DNA of 64,000 bases from Arcobacteraceae bacterium. GTDB taxonomy: Bacteria > Campylobacterota > Campylobacteria > Campylobacterales > Arcobacteraceae. The notes under the pieces are model-generated. The model worked only from the letters and a program-made list of their open reading frames with translations. It made no database searches and was not told where the DNA came from. Position numbers and translations under genes: made by a program. Where the stretch lies: assembly GCA_965224485.1 (NCBI GenBank), contig CBDCZH010000015.1, positions 96,001-160,000 of the forward strand. Reading direction: 5' to 3'. Below, piece after piece: positions 52,714 to 61,855 of this stretch. Each line of letters begins with the position of its first letter. The first letter of the stretch is position 1.

Positions 52714-54078
52714 TTATCTGCCTAAACCACTCATTCCGCCTGGCATTCCGCCACCTTGCATTTGATTCATCATATTTGATAAACCTTTCATTCCACCTTT
52801 AGATGATAGTTTTTTTGCCATTTTTGAAGCATTTTTGAACTGTTTTAAAATTTTGTTAATTTGAACATCACTTAAACCAGATCCTCTTTGCATTCTTTTC
52901 TTTCGACTTGGATTTATTAAAGAAGGTGTTTCTCTCTCTTTATGGGTCATAGACCCAATTAAAGCTTTAATTCTTTTAATCTCATCAGAGTTCTCAAAAT
53001 CCATATCTTTTATTTGTGCACCCATTTGCGAAAGCCCAGGTATCATTCCAATAATAGATTTCATAGATCCTAATTTACTCATCATTGATAATTGATCTAA
53101 GAAGTCATTAAAGTTAAATTCACCTTTTTTAATTTTTCTAGCAACTTGTTTTGCAGTTTTTTCATCAATTACAGCAGCTGTTTTTTCAGCAAGTCCTTCA
53201 ATATCTCCAGCACCCATAAGTCTTGAAACAATTCGAGAAGGAATAAAGACTTCAAGGTCTGGCATTTTTTCACCAGTTCCTACAAATCTTAAAGGAACTC
53301 CAACTTGATTAGATAATGAGATAGCAACCCCACCCTTAACATCTCCATCAAATTTAGATAAAATAACTCCATTAATTCCAATTTGTTCTTTAAAAGAATT
53401 AGCCGTTCTTGTAGCATCATGTCCGGTTAAAGAATCAGCAACATAAAAAACTTCATCAGGTTGTGCTGCATTTTGAACATCTTTTAGCTCAGCCATTAAT
53501 TCACTGTCAATTGCTAAACGTCCAGCTGTATCTATCAATAGAACATCATAATGCTCATCTTGTGCTTTTTTCTTTGCAGCTTTTACAATTTTCACTGGAT
53601 TTGTTTCATTTTCATCAAAATAAATATCAACTTCAATAGAAGCAGCAATTTGTTTTAATTGTTCAACTGCTGCAAGTCTTTGTAAATCAGCAGCTGCTAC
53701 TAAAACTTTTTTATTTCTAAGTTTTAAATAATTTGCTAGTTTTCCAGTTGTAGTAGTTTTACCAGAACCTTGCAGTCCTGTCATCAAAATAGTAGTTGGT
53801 GGTTTATTTGAAAAAACAAAACCTTGCTTACCTTCAACAGTTAAAATATTTAATAAACCTAATTCTAAAGCTTTTAGAAAAGACTCTTGCCCTATTCCTA
53901 ATTTTTTAGTTTCAAGTTCTACAAAAGATATTAATTCTTTAGTTGTTTTATGATGAACATCAGCTTTAAGTAGAGATTTTTTCAGCTCTACAATTGCTTT
54001 TTTTAATGAAGTAGCATCATCTTTAAATCTTATTTTATTTACAGCATTTTTAATCGATCCGGTTAATACATCAAACAA
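52714..54078 (-). CDS. ffh: Signal recognition particle protein Ffh
   Basis: GLQGSGKTTT, DTAGR, SKFDGD..GG, Met-rich M domain. Confidence 0.98.
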   Translation of the reverse strand: MFDVLTGSIKNAVNKIRFKDDATSLKKAIVELKKSLLKADVHHKTTKELISFVELETKKLGIGQESFLKALELGLLNILTVEGKQGFVFSNKPPTTILMTGLQGSGKTTTTGKLANYLKLRNKKVLVAAADLQRLAAVEQLKQIAASIEVDIYFDENETNPVKIVKAAKKKAQDEHYDVLLIDTAGRLAIDSELMAELKDVQNAAQPDEVFYVADSLTGHDATRTANSFKEQIGINGVILSKFDGDVKGGVAISLSNQVGVPLRFVGTGEKMPDLEVFIPSRIVSRLMGAGDIEGLAEKTAAVIDEKTAKQVARKIKKGEFNFNDFLDQLSMMSKLGSMKSIIGMIPGLSQMGAQIKDMDFENSDEIKRIKALIGSMTHKERETPSLINPSRKKRMQRGSGLSDVQINKILKQFKNASKMAKKLSSKGGMKGLSNMMNQMQGGGMPGGMSGLGR

Positions 54079-54190
54079 ACTATCTCTCCATTTATATTAT
54101 TTTTGGATAATACTATAAATATTCTTTAATTTTGTTTAAAAGGTGTTAGGTTTAAGTTAAATTTAATATTGAGCACATTTAAGAGAAAGA

Positions 54191-54216
54191 GCAAAGCCCA
54201 ATTTTGTAGGCTTTAC
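54191..54216 (-). terminator. Probable intrinsic terminator after the pseudouridine synthase gene
   Basis: Minus strand GTAAAGCCTA..TGGGCTTTGC followed by TCTTTCTCTT. Confidence 0.55.
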
Positions 54217-54247
54217 TTAGAAATAGACTTGTTTTAAAACTTAAAAA

Positions 54248-54997
54248 TTAATTAAGTCCAAACACTCTAAATTCTCTTGGTTCTTTTGCTTCAAAAGTAT
54301 AATTAAATATTTTAGTTTTTCGTGAGTGAAGAAGAACTCTATTTACATGGCTTGAAGTTTTACCATATATTGTATCTCCAATAATAGGAATACCAATTGA
54401 GTTTAAATGTACTCTAATTTGATGTGTTCTACCAGATTCAATCACAACTTTTATTTTTGATTTATTTCCTTCAACAAACATAGGTGTTACAGTTGATTTT
54501 GCAGGTTTACCCTTTTTATTATCAACTTTAGATTTAGCTTTTCCCCTATCTTTACTAGTAAGAATTGGTTTATCAATTACAATTTCATCAATTACTTTAC
54601 CTTCAACAATAGCAACATACTCTTTATAAACTCTATTATGTTTAAACTCTTGTATTGCTTTTTTCTGAAACTCTTCAGTTTTAGCAAATAACATAACACC
54701 ACTTGTTTCTTTATCTAATCTGTTTAATAAAATATAGTTTGAGAATTTTTTTGATATTTCATCAGCTGTTAAAAAAGCAGGTTTATTAATAGCTACAATA
54801 TCATCATCTTGAAAAATCATTTTAATATCATCTATTTCTTTAACATTAAAATTAGTTCTAACACTAATTTCTCCTCTTGCAATAGTAAGCTTCCTACCAT
54901 TAACATGAACAAGCCCTTTATCAATCATCTCTTTAGCTTTAGAGTTAGATATTCCCTCTTGTGTTGCTAATAATTTATATGCTTTTTCGTATTCCAT
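54248..54997 (-). CDS. RluA/RluD-family pseudouridine synthase with S4 domain
   Basis: NKP, RLDKETSG, GRTHQIRVH, PIIGD..YG, LLH. Confidence 0.93.
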   Translation of the reverse strand: MEYEKAYKLLATQEGISNSKAKEMIDKGLVHVNGRKLTIARGEISVRTNFNVKEIDDIKMIFQDDDIVAINKPAFLTADEISKKFSNYILLNRLDKETSGVMLFAKTEEFQKKAIQEFKHNRVYKEYVAIVEGKVIDEIVIDKPILTSKDRGKAKSKVDNKKGKPAKSTVTPMFVEGNKSKIKVVIESGRTHQIRVHLNSIGIPIIGDTIYGKTSSHVNRVLLHSRKTKIFNYTFEAKEPREFRVFGLN

Positions 54998-56138
54998 TTA
55001 TTTCCCTTATTATAGGTTTTATATCACCTACTTGTTTTAACGAAGAGTTTTTCAAACTTTGTATATTCTTCATTATATCTTTTAACTCATCTTTTTTTAT
55101 AATTTTATAATCATTTATAACTTCAAATAAAGCATTTTGATTAAAAATATGCTCACCACTAATTAATTTACAAGAAAAATAAGCAGGTTCTACTGGATTA
55201 TGCCCTCCAATATACTCAAAAGCACCACCTAAAATAACAGCATCACAAATATTATAAATATTATTAAGCTCACCCATTTTGTCACATAAAATAATATCAC
55301 TAGTAAAACTTTCATTTTGTGATAAACGTGAGTATGATAAAGAATTTTTAGCTGTAAATTCTGCTAATAAGAGATTTACCTCTTCAAATCTTTCTGGATG
55401 TCTTGGTACTAGTACTAATCTTCCTTGCTCTTTTTTAAAAGCATTTAAAATTAGTTCTTCTTCTTTTTCATGTGTACTGGCTGCTACTATTAAAAACTTA
55501 TCACTTTTTTCATATATCTTAGTAACTTTAGGAATACTTGCTAGTTTAATATTTCCTATTACTTCAATATTTTTAGCCCCTAAAGATAAAAGTCTAGTTT
55601 TATCAACTTCACTTTGTGCATATATTTTATCAACGTTTGCAAAAATTTTTTTATAAAAAAAAGAAAACTTTTTATAAGAAGAATATGATTTATCAGTGAT
55701 TCTTGCATTAATCAAAATGGTTCTTGTTTTTTTCATTTTTGCACATAAAAAGAGTAAGTACCAAAGTTCAGCTTCCATAACAAGTAAAATTTTTTGTCTT
55801 TTTATCCAAAAAGGTAAGAACAACTCATAAGGTAAATATCTAACATGGCAAGATAACTCTTTTGCTTGTTCATAACCAGTATTTGTTGTAACAGAAATAT
55901 TTACATCATTATTTTTTTTTACTTCTTGTACAATATTCTCAATTGCTTTTGTTTCACCATAAGAGCAACAATGGAACCAAACACCATCTTCTTTAAAAGA
56001 TTTATTATTTTTTAAAAAAAATCTTGCTGGCAGAGCTTGTGAGTATTTTAGTTTTGTAGATTTATATATGATAAAAGGAAGTGCTAAAATATATAATATT
56101 AAAGCTAGTATATAATAAAAAATCGAAAAGAGGCTCAA
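54975..56138 (-). CDS. waaA: Kdo transferase
   Basis: WFH.CS.GE, EAELW, NARI, GNIK, ASTH..EE, VPRHPERF, GGHN..EPA; likely TTG start at 56138. Confidence 0.95.
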   Translation of the reverse strand: MSLFSIFYYILALILYILALPFIIYKSTKLKYSQALPARFFLKNNKSFKEDGVWFHCCSYGETKAIENIVQEVKKNNDVNISVTTNTGYEQAKELSCHVRYLPYELFLPFWIKRQKILLVMEAELWYLLFLCAKMKKTRTILINARITDKSYSSYKKFSFFYKKIFANVDKIYAQSEVDKTRLLSLGAKNIEVIGNIKLASIPKVTKIYEKSDKFLIVAASTHEKEEELILNAFKKEQGRLVLVPRHPERFEEVNLLLAEFTAKNSLSYSRLSQNESFTSDIILCDKMGELNNIYNICDAVILGGAFEYIGGHNPVEPAYFSCKLISGEHIFNQNALFEVINDYKIIKKDELKDIMKNIQSLKNSSLKQVGDIKPIIREINGIRKSI

Positions 56139-56139
56139 T

Positions 56140-56877
56140 CTATGCCTCTTGCGATTCTTCTTTAACTTCTTCTTCTTTTTCTTTAAAAAGAATTCTTCCA
56201 CAATGTGGACAATTTATAATTTCATCAGATTTTATAACTTCTGCATATGCTTTATCAGAAATTTTCATAAAACAACCATAACAAGCTTGTTTTCTAACAG
56301 GAACTACAGCTGTATCTTTAGCCCATCTTCTAATTTTTTCATAAAATGTTAAAATTTTAGTATCAAATTTTTCTAATAAGATACCTCTACTTTCATACAC
56401 TTCATTTTTAGATTTATTTATAACTTCTATTGCACTATCAACAGAAACTTTAAGTTCTTTGATATCTTCTTCTTCAAGTAGAAGTTTTGCCTGTAACTCT
56501 TTTAATTCTTCTTCTCTTACAGTTGAAATTTCACCAAGTCTATTAATCTCTTCATTTGCGAAAGAAATTTGCTCTTTAGCAATTTCTTCTTCAAGTTGTA
56601 GAGCTTTTAACTCTTTTTCTGTTTGTACTAAAGAGTTTTTCTTTGCAATTTCATCTAGTTTAGCTTTTAATTCAGCTAAATGAATATTGTTTTTACTTCC
56701 CTTTGATTTAACATCATCAATCTCTGCATAAGTCGAATCAATAGAGCTTTTAATCTCTTCTGCTACTTCTATAAAAGTTGCCAATTTCTCTTTTTCGTTT
56801 GCGATTTCTGGCTCGTATGCGCTAATTTGTGTATCATATTTTGATAACTTTACTAAATCTTCTAAATATTTATTCAA
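56140..56877 (-). CDS. Coiled-coil/C4 zinc-ribbon protein (HP0958/CT398 family)
   Basis: Long coiled hairpin, ACYGCFM...CPHCGRIL; downstream of Nif3. Confidence 0.9.
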   Translation of the reverse strand: MNKYLEDLVKLSKYDTQISAYEPEIANEKEKLATFIEVAEEIKSSIDSTYAEIDDVKSKGSKNNIHLAELKAKLDEIAKKNSLVQTEKELKALQLEEEIAKEQISFANEEINRLGEISTVREEELKELQAKLLLEEEDIKELKVSVDSAIEVINKSKNEVYESRGILLEKFDTKILTFYEKIRRWAKDTAVVPVRKQACYGCFMKISDKAYAEVIKSDEIINCPHCGRILFKEKEEEVKEESQEA

Positions 56878-56886
56878 CCTGTCTCC

Positions 56887-57633
56887 TTATAAACAAAACT
56901 CAAATGGATTTTTTGAAGCTGATATTATAGCCTTTAATTCATTAGTTTCCAAATATGTTTCAAGTAGGCCCAATAATAGGCGACTAAAGTGCTCTTCACT
57001 TTCATAGTGTCTTATGTCAATTAGAGAAATTCCTCTAATTTTAGCATCCATTGCTTCATGATATTTAATATCACCTGTTAAAAAACAGTCTGCTTTTACC
57101 TCATTTAACATAGACATTCCAGCCCCAGTTACTAAGGCAACTTTTTTTATGTTCTCATTACATTTTACTGTTTTTGTATATTTTAATCCAAGTTTACTTG
57201 AAATCTTAGCTCTAAAGCTATCAAAAGATGAATTTACATTTGCATATACAATAAAATCATCATCTTGTTCACTAGGAATTATATCCAAATCTAAAATTTC
57301 TTTTGCAACATATTTATTTAAGTGAGTTTTATCAATGTTTGTATGCATTGATATTAAAGAAATATTTTTTTGTATTAATATTTTTAATAACTTTGTTGCA
57401 TATGAATCATAAGTAATACTTTTTAATGCAGTAAAAATTAAAGGATGATGGGTGATTATTAAAGAATTTTCTTTTACCTCTTGCAACATCTCTAAATCTA
57501 AATCAATAGAAATATAAACACAGCAAACTTTATCTTGCATATTGCCTACAAGTAAACCGGAGTTGTCCCATTTTTCTTGTAAGTAAAAAGGTGATAATTC
57601 ATCTAAATAATCATATATCTCTTTAACTTTCAC
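56887..57633 (-). CDS. Nif3-like dinuclear metal centre protein
   Basis: WDNSGL.VG, ITHHPLIF, HTNID, TGDIKYH, HYESE. Confidence 0.95.
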   Translation of the reverse strand: MKVKEIYDYLDELSPFYLQEKWDNSGLLVGNMQDKVCCVYISIDLDLEMLQEVKENSLIITHHPLIFTALKSITYDSYATKLLKILIQKNISLISMHTNIDKTHLNKYVAKEILDLDIIPSEQDDDFIVYANVNSSFDSFRAKISSKLGLKYTKTVKCNENIKKVALVTGAGMSMLNEVKADCFLTGDIKYHEAMDAKIRGISLIDIRHYESEEHFSRLLLGLLETYLETNELKAIISASKNPFEFCL

Positions 57634-57642
57634 TTTTTTTCC

Positions 57643-58572
57643 TTAGTTAAATAATTCAGGAGATTTTTCTTTTAAATAAGCTAATTTCTTTTTATTTCCA
57701 ATTCTAGTTAAACGTTCAACTTCTTGCTCTTTATACATTAAAGCACAAGCCTGAGATAATTCACGCACTTTTAGTATATAATTTTGTCTCTCAGTTACTG
57801 AAATTGCTTTTCTTGCATCAAGGGTATTAAAAGCATGTGAAGCTATCATACACTGATCATATGCAGGAAGAGGTAAAGATGCTTCTAAACAAGATTTACA
57901 CTCTTTAAAAGCATCATCAAAATGAGTAAATAACATTTCAACATTTGCTATTTCAAAATTATACTTTGAAAACTCATATTCACTTTGTTTATGAACATCA
58001 GCATAAGTAGTAATTCCATGTTCATTTTCATTCCAAACTATATCAAAAACGCTATCTACTTCTTGTAAATACATAGCAAGTCGCTCTGTTCCATAAGTAA
58101 TCTCAACAGCAACAGGATCACAAGCAATTCCACCTACTTGTTGAAAGTAAGTAAATTGTGTAACTTCCATACCATCAAGCCAAACTTCCCAACCAAGACC
58201 CCAAGCACCTAACGTTGGTGATTCCCAGTTATCTTCTACAAATCTAATATCATGTTTAGATATATCTAAACCTAAAAACTCTAAAGATTTCAAATAAAGT
58301 TCTTGAATATTATCTGGACTTGGTTTTATTAAAACTTGAAATTGATAATACGAGCCTAATCTATTTGGGTTTTCACCATATCTTCCATCAGTTGGTCTTC
58401 TACTTGGTGCTACATAAGCTGCACTCCAAGGAGTTGAATCAAGTGAACGCAATAGTGTTGCAGGATGAAAAGTTCCAGCTCCTGCAGGAATATCATAAGG
58501 CTGTACGATATTACAGCCTTGATCTGCCCAAAACTGCTGTAGTTTTAATAACATTTGTGAGAATGTAATCAT
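57643..58572 (-). CDS. glyQ: Glycine-tRNA ligase alpha subunit
   Basis: [48 protein letters not shown]. Confidence 0.98.
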   Translation of the reverse strand: MITFSQMLLKLQQFWADQGCNIVQPYDIPAGAGTFHPATLLRSLDSTPWSAAYVAPSRRPTDGRYGENPNRLGSYYQFQVLIKPSPDNIQELYLKSLEFLGLDISKHDIRFVEDNWESPTLGAWGLGWEVWLDGMEVTQFTYFQQVGGIACDPVAVEITYGTERLAMYLQEVDSVFDIVWNENEHGITTYADVHKQSEYEFSKYNFEIANVEMLFTHFDDAFKECKSCLEASLPLPAYDQCMIASHAFNTLDARKAISVTERQNYILKVRELSQACALMYKEQEVERLTRIGNKKKLAYLKEKSPELFN

Positions 58573-58594
58573 TTATTTAATTCCTATTTTTTTA

Positions 58595-59089
58595 TTATAA
58601 AAGAACTTCTATTACAGCTGAATCTGCTTCAACAGCTTTTTCTTTCATTAATCTATCTTCTTTTAATTTAATTGCTAGTTCTTTATCAGTAATTGCTAAA
58701 ATTTGCATTGATAAATAAGCTGCATTTATAGCACCAGCTTTTCCTAAAGCAACAGTAGCAACTGGCATACCTGATGGCATTTGAACAGTTGATAACATAG
58801 CATCCATACCATCCATTGCTCCACCTTTCATAGGTACACCAACAACTGGTTTTGTTGTACCTGCTGCTATTGCTCCAGCTAAGTGTGCAGCCATTCCAGC
58901 AGCAGCTATAAATACTTGAGCACCTTTTTCTTCTGCTTCTTTAATATATTCTTTTGTTCTAGTTGGAGATCTATGAGCTGATGATATTATCATTTCATAT
59001 TTAACATTAAACTTTTCAAAAGTATCACTACAGTTTTTCATAATTTCATAATCAGATTTGCTTCCCATAATAATAGAAATAAAATTCAT
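58595..59089 (-). CDS. purE: N5-CAIR mutase PurE
   Basis: IMGS.SD, SAHR.P, AAHLAG, VQMP.G.PVATV. Confidence 0.97.
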   Translation of the reverse strand: MNFISIIMGSKSDYEIMKNCSDTFEKFNVKYEMIISSAHRSPTRTKEYIKEAEEKGAQVFIAAAGMAAHLAGAIAAGTTKPVVGVPMKGGAMDGMDAMLSTVQMPSGMPVATVALGKAGAINAAYLSMQILAITDKELAIKLKEDRLMKEKAVEADSAVIEVLL

Positions 59090-59122
59090 ATTTGGCCTTT
59101 TTTAATTAATTTTAAAATTATA

Positions 59123-60433
59123 TCAAATACTTTCTAATAGTGTTATAACCTTTGATACTTTTATCTCATTATAAGAATCAAACTTATGTAAAACTAAAGA
59201 TTCTCTATCAAAAGTAAACTTTGAGAAGTTTTTTGATTTATCTTCTATTTTAAAAGCTTTTGTACAAGAATAATATTTAAGTCTAAGTTGATAATCATCA
59301 TTAGTAAAAAATACAACACTAGGAATAAAAAAAGCATCTGCTATATGATATGTTGATGTATCGCTTGTAATAATTCCATCCATACAAGATACCAAATACA
59401 TAAAATCTGAAATACTTTTTGAATGTATACTTAAATTAGTATAATTGCCACCTTTATAATTTGAAAAATTTAAAGCTGATACTATAGTATAGTTTTTAGC
59501 TTTTTTTATAAGCTTTTTTAAAAACTTATATGCTGGTTCTTGTGGAATTGAACGAGTTATTTCTGCTGAGAAAGGATGATATAAAAGAAGTTTTTCCTTA
59601 GAACTTTTAAGCTTAGCTATTTCTTCTTTTAGCCTTGGATTAATTTTTAGTTTTGAAATATCTAAAGAATTATATTTATCTTTTGTTGGTATTTTTTTAT
59701 AAGGCATAGCAAACTTATACAAATAAGCATCTACATAAGGCAAAACCTTATAAAAACTTCTATTTTTAACTAAAGAGTTATCTACATAAAAATCATACTC
59801 ACATAAGGTTTTAACATCAAGGGCTAAGGGTTTTATATTATCAATATAATTTTGCGTTAGTAAAATCTCTTTATCTCTTGAATAATAAACATTTTGTGCA
59901 GCTTCTAAATAAATATCAAGCTGGACTGATTTGAATTTTTTATTTAAATATTGTTTAAAAAGCCTAAGAGCACTCAAAGAAGCAATCATTTCACCAATTT
60001 TTTCACCAACATTACCTATAATTGCAACTTTAATATCTTTTTTATTACACTTTGAGATTTGTTCATATAACTTTTTACTATCTTCATTAAAAATAAAAGA
60101 GTCAAATTTTTCTTTTACTTTATATTGTAAAAAATCATTATTTTTGATTTTCTTTTTTAGATTTTCTATACTTTTATATTCATATTTGTTTAAAATTCCA
60201 AGCTCTATTGGAAAAGTTCTGTTCTCGCAAACAGAATTCTCCAATAAAATCTTTGATTCAAAATCAGGCCCAACTTTTTTAAAAACATCATTTAGTTTTT
60301 GTAACTCTTCATAAGTAGAAACATAAATAGCATTATTTAATAAATTAGAAGGGTCCCTTAATTTTGTATACTTAATTAAAGAACCATCTGTCGTTTTAAT
60401 ATTTATATTTTGCGTTACTCTAAAAAAAACCAT
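59123..60433 (-). CDS. Glycosyltransferase family 9-like protein with extra N-terminal region
   Basis: IGEMI...ALR, HPFS....RS.P, ITSDTSTYHIADAF..PSVVFF; start at 60433 overlaps the upstream stop (TAATG). Confidence 0.7.
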   Translation of the reverse strand: MVFFRVTQNINIKTTDGSLIKYTKLRDPSNLLNNAIYVSTYEELQKLNDVFKKVGPDFESKILLENSVCENRTFPIELGILNKYEYKSIENLKKKIKNNDFLQYKVKEKFDSFIFNEDSKKLYEQISKCNKKDIKVAIIGNVGEKIGEMIASLSALRLFKQYLNKKFKSVQLDIYLEAAQNVYYSRDKEILLTQNYIDNIKPLALDVKTLCEYDFYVDNSLVKNRSFYKVLPYVDAYLYKFAMPYKKIPTKDKYNSLDISKLKINPRLKEEIAKLKSSKEKLLLYHPFSAEITRSIPQEPAYKFLKKLIKKAKNYTIVSALNFSNYKGGNYTNLSIHSKSISDFMYLVSCMDGIITSDTSTYHIADAFFIPSVVFFTNDDYQLRLKYYSCTKAFKIEDKSKNFSKFTFDRESLVLHKFDSYNEIKVSKVITLLESI

Positions 60434-61722
60434 TAATAAGAGCATTCAGCCCATTGGGGATTTTTAACTCTTAACATTGTTAAATAAGGAAGTTTACCAG
60501 GTAGTTTTATTTTGTTTAAATTTCCACTATGTACTGATTCTAATTCTTTATTATTTTCACATATAATCTTTTTAAAACTTACGTAATATTTACCATCATC
60601 TTTTTTAAAAATAGATCCAAGTTCATTTGAAACTTCTTCGATTACAGTGTTTAAAGGTGCAAATATTTCAGTCTCTTCATTAGGATAAGTTTTATACTTA
60701 CACATAAAATGATTTTCATCACTAGTTACAAGCCCACTTACTTCATAAGAACCACTTGAAAGAGCATAATCATGATTTTGTGAATCAGAACGCTCAAAAG
60801 GTCTATGAATTAAATAAGCATCAGTAAAACCTCTATTTTTAGTTGTATGCAACTCTTCTTGGTATTTCTTTGCATCAAAACAGTCATTATAAAAATCATC
60901 AATTGCATTTCGATATGAAAAAGCAGTAACCGCTGCATAATAAGGAGATTTAGTTCTACCTTCTATTTTTATAGAATCAATAGCATTTGATTTTAATATT
61001 TCATCAACATGGGAAGCTAAGTTCATATCTTTTGCATTAAAAATATATGTTCCAACTCCTGGTTCTTCTTCTAATCTAAACATAGTTCCATGGTCTTCAT
61101 TTGCAGCATATAAAGTATATTCAAATCTACAATCATTTGCACAGCTTCCTCTATTTGGAACTCTTCCCATTTGAACAGCTGAAACTAAACAACGTCCAGA
61201 ATAAGCAAAACACATAGAACCATGTACAAAAATTTCTATTTCCATATCAGGAAGATACTCTTTTATATCAATTACATCTTTTAAAGATATTTCACGTGCA
61301 GCAATTATTCGTCGCACACCCATATCATAATAAACTTGGGCATCTAAGTAGTTCATAACATTTGCTTGTGTTGATAAATGGATAGGAATATGAGGTGCAA
61401 TTTCACGACATAATCTTACAACTCCAGGAGCTGCAACGATTAGAGCATCGGGGTTTAAATCAGCCATATTTTTTATATGTTTTTTTAATAAGTTAATTTG
61501 AGAATTAAAAGGAAAACCATTAATTGTTACATATACTTTCTTACCTCTCTCATGAGCATAATCAATTCCCTCTTTGAAAGTTTCTAGAGTAAACTCTTTA
61601 CCAGATCTAATACGTAAAGAGAAGTGTGATACTCCTCCATAAACAGCATCAGCTCCATAAGCAATAGCAATTTTTAATTTTTCTAAGTTACCAGCGGGGG
61701 ATAACAGTTCTACTTTCTTCAT
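60433..61722 (-). CDS. U32 peptidase family protein (TrhP/YegQ-like tRNA hydroxylase)
   Basis: ELLSPAG, GADAVY.G, HLSTQAN, E.FVHGSMC.AYSGRC, NRG.C...CR, KIEGR.K...Y. Confidence 0.92.
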   Translation of the reverse strand: MKKVELLSPAGNLEKLKIAIAYGADAVYGGVSHFSLRIRSGKEFTLETFKEGIDYAHERGKKVYVTINGFPFNSQINLLKKHIKNMADLNPDALIVAAPGVVRLCREIAPHIPIHLSTQANVMNYLDAQVYYDMGVRRIIAAREISLKDVIDIKEYLPDMEIEIFVHGSMCFAYSGRCLVSAVQMGRVPNRGSCANDCRFEYTLYAANEDHGTMFRLEEEPGVGTYIFNAKDMNLASHVDEILKSNAIDSIKIEGRTKSPYYAAVTAFSYRNAIDDFYNDCFDAKKYQEELHTTKNRGFTDAYLIHRPFERSDSQNHDYALSSGSYEVSGLVTSDENHFMCKYKTYPNEETEIFAPLNTVIEEVSNELGSIFKKDDGKYYVSFKKIICENNKELESVHSGNLNKIKLPGKLPYLTMLRVKNPQWAECSY

Positions 61723-61833
61723 TTACAACCTTAAAATATATTATTATGGCGATTATATCTAAAGAAAATTATAAAGAAGATTTTATAAATACCTAAGTAT
61801 TTTTTTTAAGAAACTTAAATAAATATCTAAAAA

Positions 61834-61855
61834 GGAAAGCTTTTAAAAGCTTTCC
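61834..61855 (-). terminator. Intrinsic terminator overlapping the MCP stop codon
   Basis: Perfect 22-bp palindrome GGAAAGCTTTTAAAAGCTTTCC followed by a T-run on the minus strand. Confidence 0.7.

Noticed and set aside
54079..54247. Possible SRP RNA (ffs) next to ffh
   Set aside because: No SRP helix-8 motif and far too AT-rich; only a terminator-like hairpin is present.
150..60314. Other short ORFs opposite or inside annotated genes (e.g. 150-332, 2752-3051, 11048-11263, 17304-17603, 25911-26240, 39794-39988, 50393-50692, 55279-55656, 59931-60314)
   Set aside because: They overlap well-supported genes and show no recognisable motifs.
60422..60429. T8 homopolymer just after the GT9-like start as a phase-variation tract
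   Set aside because: A/T runs of this length are common in this window; Campylobacterota contingency tracts are typically poly-G/C, and I saw none.
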